Of a stretch of DNA of 64,000 nt, positions 28,382 to 36,853 are shown one piece after another. The translations under genes were made by a program, and so were the position numbers. Within the stretch, counting starts at the first letter, position 1. The number at the start of each line of letters is the position of its first letter. Source of the stretch: an uncultured bacterium. GTDB taxonomy: Bacteria; RBG-13-61-14; DATKZS01. Under the pieces are notes generated by a model. That model was not told the origin of the DNA. It did not search any database and was given only the letters and a program-made list of their open reading frames with translations. The stretch lies in NCBI GenBank assembly GCA_964650485.1, contig CAZYTX010000014.1, positions 3,890 to 67,889 of the forward strand, in the 5' to 3' direction.

Positions 28382-29443
28382 CTAGCGCAGCTTGGCTTCC
28401 ACGTCCTCGCGGTTTATCACCACCCGCCGGCCCGAGATCTCCGGGGCCTCGAACATGATGTCGTGCATTATGTCCTCGAAGATGGTGCGCAGGGCCCGGG
28501 CCCCCAGCTTCCTGCGCCTCGCGTAGCGGGCTATGCTGTAGAGCGCCTTTTCCGAGACCTCGAGCTCGATACCGTCCATGGAAAGCAGGTGGGTGTACTC
28601 GCGCAGTATGGAGTCCGGCGGCTCTGTGATGACTCTCACCAGTTCGTGCTCGGTGAGCTCTGCTAGCTCCGAGATCACCGGAATGCGGCCCACCAACTCG
28701 GTGATGAGCCCATACTCCAGCAGGTCCTCCACCTGCACACGCTCATCCACCGGGACCAGGAGGCCGGGCCCCTCCTCGTAAGACTTGAAGCCCGGCTTGC
28801 GCGAGTGCCTCCCACGCTTCATGTCGCTGAAGGTGCCGGCGCAGACAAAAAGGATATTGGTGGTGTCCATCTGCACGAAGTCGTGCTTGCTCCAGTGCTG
28901 GGTGATGTTGTAGGGCACAAAGACCGTGGTCCCCTCCAGGAGCTTCAAAAGCGCCTGCTGCACCCCTTCGCCGCCGATGTCGCGTGACCCGGCCCCGGTG
29001 CGCTCGCCGTGGTTTCGGCGCGCTATCTTGTCTATCTCGTCAACGAACACGATCCCCTGCTGGGCCACGTCCACGTCAAGGTCCGCGGCGAACAGGAGCT
29101 CGCCCAGCATCACCTCCACGTCCTTGCCGTAGTAGCCGGCCTCGGTGTACTCGGTGGAGTCAACCACGGCAAAGGGAACGTCCAGTATCTGGGCAAGGTT
29201 CCTGGCAAGGTGGGTTTTGCCGCACCCGCTGGGGCCGATCAGCAGCACGTTTGACTTTCGAAGCACCGGCTCATCCCCCGAGAGCGGCACCCCGCCCTTC
29301 CTGGTGCGCTTGAAATGGTTATAGGCCGCGATGGACAGGGTGCGCTTGGCGCGGTCCTGTCCTATTACGTACATGTCCAGATAGGTGTTGATCTCCCTGG
29401 GAGTGGGTATTTCCTCCCCTGTTATCGGAAGTTGCTTGCCCAT
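28382..29443 (-). CDS. ClpX-like AAA+ ATPase lacking the N-terminal zinc-binding domain
   Basis: GGAGGG lies 6 nt before the ATG at 29443. The protein begins MGKQLPITGEEIPTPREINTYLDMYVIGQDRAK, which is the start of the ClpX AAA+ module. Walker A GPSGCGKT, Walker B VFVDEIDK, and GEGVQQALLKLLEGT. No C4 zinc ribbon is present. Confidence 0.85.
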   Translation of the reverse strand: MGKQLPITGEEIPTPREINTYLDMYVIGQDRAKRTLSIAAYNHFKRTRKGGVPLSGDEPVLRKSNVLLIGPSGCGKTHLARNLAQILDVPFAVVDSTEYTEAGYYGKDVEVMLGELLFAADLDVDVAQQGIVFVDEIDKIARRNHGERTGAGSRDIGGEGVQQALLKLLEGTTVFVPYNITQHWSKHDFVQMDTTNILFVCAGTFSDMKRGRHSRKPGFKSYEEGPGLLVPVDERVQVEDLLEYGLITELVGRIPVISELAELTEHELVRVITEPPDSILREYTHLLSMDGIELEVSEKALYSIARYARRRKLGARALRTIFEDIMHDIMFEAPEISGRRVVINREDVEAKLR

Positions 29444-29546
29444 GTTTGCCCTCCGTCTAGGGTTTATACTAGCCATAAAGGCACGCGCTTTCAAGTGCCG
29501 GTCAAAGACAAATGAGGCCCTGATATGGGCGGCCCGGCGCGCTTTA

Positions 29547-29575
29547 TTGACACATTCCAAAGCTCTCCTTAATCT
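29547..29575 (+). promoter_or_regulatory. Candidate sigma-70 promoter for the TonB-like gene, possibly giving a near-leaderless mRNA
   Basis: TTGACA (29547-29552), a 17-nt spacer, then TAATCT (29570-29575). The ATG is at 29586, only 10 nt after the -10. Confidence 0.3.
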
Positions 29576-29585
29576 AGATACTGGT

Positions 29586-30497
29586 ATGAGGAAGGCAAGG
29601 ACATCCTGGCTGGTGGCAATAGCCGTGTCCGCGCTCATTCACGCGGGAGTGCTCCACTCGTACCCTTTTGCAGCGGGGGAGAAGAACATTGCCCGGCCCG
29701 AGATAGTCGAGCTGGTACCACTGCCCAGGGAGGATAAAAAGACCAGGGAGACGGAACACGAGCGGGACCTTAAAGGCCAGGTGGTGGACCTGGGACCCGA
29801 GCGCCCCTCGGACAAGGCGCCTTCAGAGGACACCCGCTTCCTTTCGGAGAGGAACATGCGCACTGACCTCGAGACCGTGAAGCACAGCATGAAAAGGACC
29901 GGCTCGCCCGAGCGGCCGTCTGTAAACAAGGAGTCGCTCCGGGAGCCTTACAAAAACTCCCCTTCCGCAGGGCGACAAGGCGGCCGGGGAGAGGATGGCA
30001 GCATAAAAAGACCAGACAAGGGAGAGGGCCTCAAGTCCGGCACGCCGGGCCATGGGTCCCGGGACTACTCGCGGGACGATCTCATGGTCAGCATGGCCGA
30101 CATAAAGCATGCACTGAAGGCGGACGACGGGTCCATTGACTACCTGCCCGATGTGCTCAAAGGCGAGCTCACAGCACTCAACGCCAGGAAGTACACCTAT
30201 GCCGCCTTCTATAACAGGATGAAGAAGGTGATAAGCTTTTACTGGGAGCCGGGGAGCGCCATTTCGAAGATTAACTGGACCGGCGCCACCCTGGAGACCA
30301 GGCTCCAGGTGGTCATAAACAGGGACGGCGGCCTGGACAGGGTCGAGATATTGACGTCGAGCGGCTTCCCTCTGGTTGACGCCGCGGCAGTCCGGGCCAT
30401 GAGGAAAGCCGCGCCTTTTTACAACGTACCCCCCGGACTGCTGAACGACAAGGGACAACTGGACGACGTGTGGTCCTTCTACGTAACCTCGGGGTGA
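29586..30497 (+). CDS. TonB C-terminal-domain protein
   Basis: MRKARTSWLVAIAVSALIHAGVL TM anchor, a charged linker, and a C-terminal TonB_C-like segment LQVVINRDGGLDRVEILTSSGFPLVDAAAVRAMRKAAPF. Confidence 0.7.
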   Translation: MRKARTSWLVAIAVSALIHAGVLHSYPFAAGEKNIARPEIVELVPLPREDKKTRETEHERDLKGQVVDLGPERPSDKAPSEDTRFLSERNMRTDLETVKHSMKRTGSPERPSVNKESLREPYKNSPSAGRQGGRGEDGSIKRPDKGEGLKSGTPGHGSRDYSRDDLMVSMADIKHALKADDGSIDYLPDVLKGELTALNARKYTYAAFYNRMKKVISFYWEPGSAISKINWTGATLETRLQVVINRDGGLDRVEILTSSGFPLVDAAAVRAMRKAAPFYNVPPGLLNDKGQLDDVWSFYVTSG

Positions 30498-30559
30498 AAA
30501 GCCCGCCCGAAGAGCGGACTGCCCTCCTTAACCGGCAACGTATTTAATGCAAGCAAAGA

Positions 30560-30645
30560 TTTTTCACGCAGAGGCGCAAAGAACGCCAAGGTATGCATCT
30601 ATTTTATTTATCTCTTAGCGCCTTTTCGTCCTCGCGTGAAATAAA
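30560..30645. repeat. 86-bp imperfect palindrome whose arms carry the TTTCACGCAGAGGCGCA motif
   Basis: The left arm is TTTTTCACGCAGAGGCGCAAAGAACGCC. The reverse complement of the right arm is TTTATTTCACGCGAGGACGAAAAGGCGC. The same motif forms the ends of the element at 39922-40176. Confidence 0.65.
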
Positions 30646-30689
30646 CCTTATTATGTGGCAACAACAGCCGGTGAGGGTTCCTGCCGGCC

Positions 30690-31715
30690 TTACAAGAGCC
30701 GCATGGCCTTCATCTTCTCTGCTATCTGCACGGCGTTGAGCGCCGCTCCCTTCCTTATGTTGTCGGCCACGCAGATCATGTCTATGCAGTTCTTTGCGGA
30801 GATGTCCTCCCTTATGCGTCCTACGTAAACCTCGTCCTTGCCCGAGGCCATGAGAGGATAAGGCCAGGCCTTTTTTTCATGGTCGTCAACCACCGCAAGC
30901 CCCGGGGCCTTCTTCAGGACCTTTCTGGCCTCGGAGACGGCTAGCTTTTCCCTCGTCTGCACGTTCAGTGCCTCGGTATGGCCGTTTATAACCGGCACGC
31001 GCACGCAGGTGGCGCTGACATTGAGCCGGGAGAGCCCCATAATCTTGCGGGTCTCCCTCTGCATCTTTGCCTCTTCCTCGTAATAGCCCGGCATCTCCGG
31101 CGCAGGTCCCGATATCTGCGGTATGAGGTTCCCCACGATGGGCACCGGGTACTCAAAGGCTTTGAGCTTTTTGCCCGCGGCCATGGCCCTTACCTGATCT
31201 TCCATCTCCGCAACCGCCTTGCTGCCGGTGCCTGATACGGCCTGGTACGTGGACACCACCACCCTTTTCAGGCCCGCGGCCCTGTGAAGCGGTCCCAGGG
31301 CCACAACCATCTGGATGGTCGAGCAGTTGGGGTTGGATACGAAACCCTTGTGGCCCCTCAATGCCTCGGGGTTGACCTCGGGCACCACCAGGGGCACCCG
31401 CTTGTCCATGCGATAGTCCTTGCCGTTGTCTATCACCACGCACCCGCGCTTGACAGCCTCCCACCCGAACACCTTGGAGGCGCCCGAGGCCCCCTCGGTC
31501 CCGGCGAAGAAGGCGACGTCGAAACCGTCGAACTCATGGGCCGCGGCCTTCCTCACCTTGTAGCGCCTGCCGGCAACCTTTTCATAGCGCTCCCGGGTGG
31601 CGAGGATCTTGAGCTCTTTCACCGGGAGCTTCCCGCGCTCGTTCAGAACCTCCACCATCTTCGAGCCAACCAGCCCGATGCCCACAACAACCACCTTGTA
31701 GCCCTGTTTTTTCAT
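30690..31715 (-). CDS. asd: Aspartate-semialdehyde dehydrogenase
   Basis: 341 aa. VVVVGIGLVGSKM, active-site SNPNCSTIQMV. RBS GGAGAGGAGG. Confidence 0.93.
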   Translation of the reverse strand: MKKQGYKVVVVGIGLVGSKMVEVLNERGKLPVKELKILATRERYEKVAGRRYKVRKAAAHEFDGFDVAFFAGTEGASGASKVFGWEAVKRGCVVIDNGKDYRMDKRVPLVVPEVNPEALRGHKGFVSNPNCSTIQMVVALGPLHRAAGLKRVVVSTYQAVSGTGSKAVAEMEDQVRAMAAGKKLKAFEYPVPIVGNLIPQISGPAPEMPGYYEEEAKMQRETRKIMGLSRLNVSATCVRVPVINGHTEALNVQTREKLAVSEARKVLKKAPGLAVVDDHEKKAWPYPLMASGKDEVYVGRIREDISAKNCIDMICVADNIRKGAALNAVQIAEKMKAMRLL

Positions 31716-31741
31716 CTCGCCTCCTCTCCAGAACTAAGAGA

Positions 31742-31777
31742 CAAAAAATTAAGGCCGCCTTTTTATGAAAGACGGCC
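31742..31777 (-). terminator. Intrinsic-terminator-like hairpin inside the asd leader
   Basis: The minus strand reads GGCCGUC-uuucauaaaaa-GGCGGCC followed by UUAAUUUUUUG. It lies 27 nt upstream of the asd ATG and downstream of the consensus promoter. Confidence 0.55.
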
Positions 31778-31886
31778 CGGCATCTGGGCGATTAAGGCAA
31801 TACTTACCCGACTCGCCCCCGCCGGGCAATGCCCTTTCGAGTCAAACACGATCTTATTCGTTCTCCCGCGTTCATCTTAAAAGCGA

Positions 31887-31915
31887 ATTATACAGATTTG
31901 CACCCCTGATGTCAA
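31887..31915 (-). promoter_or_regulatory. Perfect sigma-70 consensus promoter with extended -10, upstream of asd
   Basis: The minus strand reads TTGACATTGACA-tcaggggtgcaaatctg-TATAAT. The second TTGACA is 17 nt from TATAAT, and TGt precedes the -10. Confidence 0.6.
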
Positions 31916-31990
31916 TGTCAATTTAAGCTTGCTTGTCAGGTTTTTGTGACCAGGGAGGTGGCGGACCGGGAACAAATGCAGGTGTTTTCA

Positions 31991-32695
31991 TCATGATCTT
32001 TTAAGAAATTTAGTTACAAGCGGGTCCGGTACCCCGGCCTCGGAAAAGCCCTTTTCCCTTAAAAGGCAGGAGTCACAGGACCCGCAGGGGCTTCCGTCCG
32101 TGCCGGGATCATAGCATGAGCTGGTGATGGAGAAGTCCAGGCCCAGCCTGTGGCCTTGTTTTACGATCTCTGCCTTGCTCATGTCTATCAGGGGAGCCCA
32201 TATCACTGGCGCGCGCCCCAGGGTCCCGGACTTTGTGCCCGTCTCAGCCACCTCCTGGAAAGCCTGGAAAAATCCTGGCCGGCAGTCGGGGTAGCCCGAG
32301 TAGTCAATGGCGTTCGCACCCATGACTATGCTCTCAGCTCCTTTCACCTCCGCAAAGCCCAGCGCAATGGAGAGGAAGATGATGTTGCGGGCGGGCACGT
32401 AGGTTATTGGTATGTCACTTGAGGCCGGCCTGTGCTTGGGCACGGCGATGTCATCGGTCAATGCTGATCCCCCGAGCGCGGCAAGGTCCACCGCCACCCT
32501 CCTGTGCTCTTTTGCAGACAGCCACTTTGCAACCTTGGCCGCGCTTTCAAGCTCCATCCTGTGCCTCTGCCCGTAGTCGAATGAGAGAGCCAGGATGCCG
32601 TATCCCGCCTCCCTGGCAAGGCCTGCTGCCACCGCGGAGTCCAGGCCACCGGAGATCATGGCCACGGCCAGCTTTTGTTCGCTTGATTGCGCCAT
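31991..32695 (-). CDS. queC: 7-cyano-7-deazaguanine synthase
   Basis: MAQSSEQKLAVAMISGGLDSAVAA PP-loop and C-terminal Cys cluster SSCYDP...CGSCDSCLLR. The listed start at 32788 would overlap topA. Confidence 0.9.
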   Translation of the reverse strand: MAQSSEQKLAVAMISGGLDSAVAAGLAREAGYGILALSFDYGQRHRMELESAAKVAKWLSAKEHRRVAVDLAALGGSALTDDIAVPKHRPASSDIPITYVPARNIIFLSIALGFAEVKGAESIVMGANAIDYSGYPDCRPGFFQAFQEVAETGTKSGTLGRAPVIWAPLIDMSKAEIVKQGHRLGLDFSITSSCYDPGTDGSPCGSCDSCLLREKGFSEAGVPDPLVTKFLKRS

Positions 32696-32744
32696 TTTCA
32701 CGCCATCCAGGCCGGTCCCGAGGATGCAGGCCCACCTATCCTCT

Positions 32745-35558
32745 TTATTTCTTCCTGGACTTTTTAGCTCCGGCCGTCTTCTTTTCACCGCTTTTTGCGG
32801 TCGCGGACTTTTTCGATCCGGCCTTTTTGGTCCCGGTCTTCTTCCTTATGTTCTTGCACTGGGGGTATCCCGAGCACGCGATAAAGGGGCCGTAGCGTCC
32901 CTGCCTCTCCACCATGGGCTTTCCGCACTTCTCGCAGGGGGGCTCTTCCGGAAGCTCTTTTGCCCCCTTCTTTTTAGGAACGGCCTTTTCCTTTGGTTTT
33001 TCCTTAACCTGGCCCGCGGGCCTGGTGTTTTCACATTCGGGGTAACCGGTGCAGGCCCAGAAGGTTCCGGACTTTCCTCGCTTTAACACCATGGGCTTTC
33101 CGCACTTCTCGCAGGGCTCGCCTTCTTCTCCAGGCAGCACCACCCTTATTTTTCCCTGCTCTTCTCTTATGAAGTCTTTGGCGTTCTTGCACTCCGGGTA
33201 CCCGGAGCATGAGAGGAACTCGCGGTCCCCTTTGCGGGTGCGCCTTATCTTCATGGGCTTTCCGCACTTCTCGCAGGCAATGCCCGTGTCCTCCTCCTGT
33301 CTCTCCACAACATTTATGTTGCCTTGCTCGTCCCGGGTGAAGTCCTTTGCGTTCTTGCACTTTGGATACCCGGAGCACGCCAGGAACTCCTTTCCAGTGC
33401 GTCTGGCCTTTTTTATCACCATGGGCTTTCCACACTTCTCGCACTTTATTCCTGAATCTTCTTCCTTCCTCTCAACAAGCTTTATCTCTTCGTTGGGGCC
33501 CCTTTCAAAATCGGACGTGAAGGTGCATTCCGGATAGTTGGTGCACCCCACGAACTCGCCCTTGTCGCTGGTTTTTATCTGCAGGGGCTTTCCGCACTCC
33601 GGGCATGGAATGGGCAACACCTCCGGGCAGACGGGTTTTATGGACCCGTCCTCGCCCCTCTTGAACTCGCAGGTGAACCTGCATTCCGGGTAGCCGGAGC
33701 ATCCAAGGAACTGACCCTGCCTGCTCCACTTGATAAGGAGCTCGCGGCCGCAGGCCGGACACTTCTCGTCGGTGGGTGTGGCCTCACTCACGTGCTTGAT
33801 TATGTCGTCTGCCTGCGCAAGGCTCTTCTCGAACGGTCCGTAAAAGCGGCGGAGCAGTTCCACCCAGTTCTCTTTTCCCTCTTCCACCTTGTCCAGGTTC
33901 TCCTCCATCTGGGCGGTGAAACCCACGTCCACTATGTCGGGGAAGGCCTTTATCAACACGTCGTTTATAAGCTCTCCCAGGGGAGTGGGCACAAACCTCT
34001 TCTCCTCCTTGTTCACGTACTCCCGCTCCTGTATGGTGGAGAGTATCTGGGCGTAGGTGGACGGCCTCCCAATGCCCTTCTCTTCCAGTTCCTTCACCAG
34101 GCTGGCCTCGGTGAACCTGGGCGGCGGCTTGGTGAAATGCTGCTCGGGTATGATTTCCTTGACACTCAGCTCTTCTCCCTGATTCAGCGGCGGCAGGTTC
34201 ATGTCCTCGCTCTTTTCCACATCTTCGTCCTGGGACTCCTCGTACACCGCCAGGAAGCCCTTGAACTTTATCACCCGGCCGCCGGCCCGAAACAGGTACT
34301 TGTCCACCGGTATCTCCACCGTGGTCTGGTCGTAGACAGCCGGCTTCATCTGGCTGGCCGCGAAGCGCAAATAAATCAGTTCATAAAGCCTGTACATGTC
34401 CTTTTCCAGCCGGGGCTTCACCATTTCAAGTGTGTGGTCCATTGAGGTCGGTCTGATGGCCTCGTGTGCTTCCTGGGCCCCTTTCTTTGATTTGAACTGC
34501 CTGGGCTGGGGGAACAGATAGTCCTCTCCGTAAAAATTTCTTATGTAGTCCCGGATCATGTCCAGGGCCTGTTTTGATACGCGGGGCGAGTCGGTCCTCA
34601 TGTAGGTGATGAGACCCACCGCGCCCTGGCCCACGTCCTGTCCCTCGTAGAGCCTCTGTGCCAGGGTCATGGTCTTCTTGGCGGAGAAGCCCAGCTTCTT
34701 GGAGGCCTCCTGCTGCAAGGTGCTGGTGATAAAGGGCGGCGCAGGGTTTCTTTTCCTCTCCTGCTTGACAACGTCTTCAACAATAAACCGCTTGCCGCTC
34801 ACGTCCTCTTTTATTGAGCGGGCGGCGTCCTGGTCAGGAATATATGCGTGCTTCGTCTTGTCTATGGTGATGTATGAGTTGTTTTCTTTTTCAAACCTCT
34901 CGGGCAGGTCCAGGGTTTTTCCATCTATGGAGACCAGCCTGGCCTTGAACCCGGGCGGAGCCTGCGCTTCCAGCAACGCGTCCACGCTCCAGTACTCCTT
35001 GGCCTCGAAGGCTCTGATGGCCCGCTCTCGCTCGACCACCACCCGGAGGGCCACGGACTGCACCCTCCCGGCTGAGAGACCTGCCCGGAACTTCTTCGAG
35101 AGCATGGGGCTTATGAGGTACCCCACCAGCCTGTCAAGGATGCGCCTTGCCTGTTGGGCCTCGAACCTGTCCTTGTCAAGGTCACCCGCTTTTTTTATGG
35201 CATCGAGCACCGCGGGCCTTGTGATCTCGTTTATGAGCATGCGCTTTATCGGCTTATTGCTTCCGCTCAAAAGCCTGGCTATGTGCCATGCAATGGCCTC
35301 GCCTTCCCTGTCAGGGTCAGGGGCCAGGAATATCTTCTCGGCATTTTGCGCGGCCTTTTTTAGCTGGGTCACGGTCTTCTTCTTGGCGGGCAGCACCTCG
35401 TACTTTGGCTTGAAGTCGCGCTCCACGTCAACTCCCAGTTCTTTCTTTGGCAGGTCCACCACGTGTCCGATGCTGGCCGCCACCTTGTAGTCCTTGCCCA
35501 GGTATTTCTCGATGGTGCGGGCCTTTGCAGGGGACTCCACTATTACCAGACTTGACAT
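32745..35558 (-). CDS. topA: DNA topoisomerase I with six C-terminal C4 zinc ribbons and a Lys-rich tail
   Basis: TOPRIM start MSSLVIVESPAKARTIEKYLG, DPDREGE, and the active-site Tyr region GLITYMRTDS. Six CxxC...CxxxxxC modules are followed by KKTGTKKAGSKKSATAKSGEKKTAGAKKSRKK. Confidence 0.95.
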   Translation of the reverse strand: MSSLVIVESPAKARTIEKYLGKDYKVAASIGHVVDLPKKELGVDVERDFKPKYEVLPAKKKTVTQLKKAAQNAEKIFLAPDPDREGEAIAWHIARLLSGSNKPIKRMLINEITRPAVLDAIKKAGDLDKDRFEAQQARRILDRLVGYLISPMLSKKFRAGLSAGRVQSVALRVVVERERAIRAFEAKEYWSVDALLEAQAPPGFKARLVSIDGKTLDLPERFEKENNSYITIDKTKHAYIPDQDAARSIKEDVSGKRFIVEDVVKQERKRNPAPPFITSTLQQEASKKLGFSAKKTMTLAQRLYEGQDVGQGAVGLITYMRTDSPRVSKQALDMIRDYIRNFYGEDYLFPQPRQFKSKKGAQEAHEAIRPTSMDHTLEMVKPRLEKDMYRLYELIYLRFAASQMKPAVYDQTTVEIPVDKYLFRAGGRVIKFKGFLAVYEESQDEDVEKSEDMNLPPLNQGEELSVKEIIPEQHFTKPPPRFTEASLVKELEEKGIGRPSTYAQILSTIQEREYVNKEEKRFVPTPLGELINDVLIKAFPDIVDVGFTAQMEENLDKVEEGKENWVELLRRFYGPFEKSLAQADDIIKHVSEATPTDEKCPACGRELLIKWSRQGQFLGCSGYPECRFTCEFKRGEDGSIKPVCPEVLPIPCPECGKPLQIKTSDKGEFVGCTNYPECTFTSDFERGPNEEIKLVERKEEDSGIKCEKCGKPMVIKKARRTGKEFLACSGYPKCKNAKDFTRDEQGNINVVERQEEDTGIACEKCGKPMKIRRTRKGDREFLSCSGYPECKNAKDFIREEQGKIRVVLPGEEGEPCEKCGKPMVLKRGKSGTFWACTGYPECENTRPAGQVKEKPKEKAVPKKKGAKELPEEPPCEKCGKPMVERQGRYGPFIACSGYPQCKNIRKKTGTKKAGSKKSATAKSGEKKTAGAKKSRKK
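32856..33761 (-). repeat. Intragenic tandem repeats encoding the topA zinc-ribbon modules
   Basis: The 25-mer ATGGGCTTTCCGCACTTCTCGCAGG occurs identically at 32914, 33091 and 33253, with a degenerate copy at 33421. The period is 162-177 bp. Confidence 0.8.
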
Positions 35559-35588
35559 ATTAAAACTCCCTGGAGGCGTGAGTATAGC

Positions 35589-36728
35589 CTAACCTTGAAT
35601 CAAACGCACGTACCTTTTCCCCGGCAGGGTCTTTATCATGCCGGAAAGCTCCAGCTCCAGCAGGGTGGCCATTGCCTGGCCGGGGGTGAGCCCGGCTTGC
35701 CTTGCCAGTGCGTCCGCGTCAATGGACCCTTCGGCCGGGGCCGGAACAAGGGCGTAGAGCCTGGCCTGGTGATCGGGCAGGACAGGACCCGGCTCGGCTT
35801 CCCCTGAAGGCGTCCCCTCTTCAGCACTGATAGATATAGTGCCAAGGGGCTGGATGTCAAGGAGCACGTCCTCGGCGCTCTCCACCAGGGTGGCCCCCTG
35901 CTTGATAAGGTCATTGCCCACCCGGCCCGACCTCGAGCCCACGTTGCCGGGAACGGCGTACACCCGGCTGCCCTGCTCCAGCGCGTGCCGGACCGTGATC
36001 AGTGCCCCGCTTTTCTTGCTCATGGCCTGGACCATGACCACGCCCTTTGAAAGCCCGCTTATGATCCGGTTCCTGCGGGGGAAGTTCTCGGGCGCGGGCT
36101 GAACGCCCGGGGGGAACTCGCTTATCACCGCTCCGGACCCGATCAGGGACTCGTACAGGTCCCTGTTCTCTGAAGGGTAAGCCACGTCGGCACCGGTGCC
36201 AAGCACGGCTATGGAGCGGCCGCCGGCCTTCAATGCCGCTCTCTGTGCGATCCCGTCAATGCCGCGCGCCATTCCCGATACAAGCGTCACCCCGTGCCGG
36301 GCCAGGCCCGCTGCCAGGGACACCGCCATGCTCTCGCCGTAAGGGTCGGGGTTCCTGCACCCCACCATGGCCACCGCGAGCCGGTCCGGGGGCTCATACG
36401 ATCCCCGCATGAAGAGCACCACCGGCGCGTCCGGCAGCTCCGCAAGGGAATCCGGGTACTCGGAGTCACGCCTGCACATGATCTTTATTCCCATCTCGGC
36501 GCATTTTTCATGGACCTCCCGGGCGCTCTCCAGGCCCCTGCTGTCAAGGATGCTACTGGCCAGTACCCTGCCCACTCCCTCCACCTCCAAAAGCTCTTTC
36601 TCTTTAGCGGCGAAGATTCTGGCGGGGCTGCCGAATGCCTCCAAAAGACGCGAGCATATTACCGGGCCGAGACCGCTCACCCCATTGAGCCTCAGCCACC
36701 CGAGCACCTCTTCCCGGTTTTCAGCCAC
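35589..36728 (-). CDS. dprA: DNA-processing protein DprA (Smf)
   Basis: 379 aa. SGMARGIDGIAQRAAL...PSENRDLYE...SEFPPGVQP...FPRRNRIISGLS. It sits 30 nt upstream of topA, the usual smf-topA arrangement. Confidence 0.9.
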   Translation of the reverse strand: MAENREEVLGWLRLNGVSGLGPVICSRLLEAFGSPARIFAAKEKELLEVEGVGRVLASSILDSRGLESAREVHEKCAEMGIKIMCRRDSEYPDSLAELPDAPVVLFMRGSYEPPDRLAVAMVGCRNPDPYGESMAVSLAAGLARHGVTLVSGMARGIDGIAQRAALKAGGRSIAVLGTGADVAYPSENRDLYESLIGSGAVISEFPPGVQPAPENFPRRNRIISGLSKGVVMVQAMSKKSGALITVRHALEQGSRVYAVPGNVGSRSGRVGNDLIKQGATLVESAEDVLLDIQPLGTISISAEEGTPSGEAEPGPVLPDHQARLYALVPAPAEGSIDADALARQAGLTPGQAMATLLELELSGMIKTLPGKRYVRLIQG

Positions 36729-36853
36729 CCTGGAATTCCCTCCTTGCTACATTTCCTGGTCGCTTCTATGTAATGCATGCGGGCAAGGCGTGTCAAGTCC
36801 GGGCTGCGGCATGTGGTCCAGTAATGAATAAATCGAAAGAGAAGGGCAGGATC

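Noticed and set aside
32696-32744. Possible preQ1 riboswitch upstream of queC.
   Set aside because: Only about 49 nt separate the topA stop from the queC start. There is a hairpin (GAGGAU...AUCCUC), but the A-rich tail and loop features of preQ1-I are absent, and the space is too short for classes II and III.
32856-33761. Regularly spaced (about 170 bp) near-identical 25-mers, considered as a possible CRISPR-like or mobile repeat.
   Set aside because: They are in frame within topA and encode the CEKCGKPM start of successive zinc ribbons. The period is far longer than CRISPR units, and no cas genes are present.
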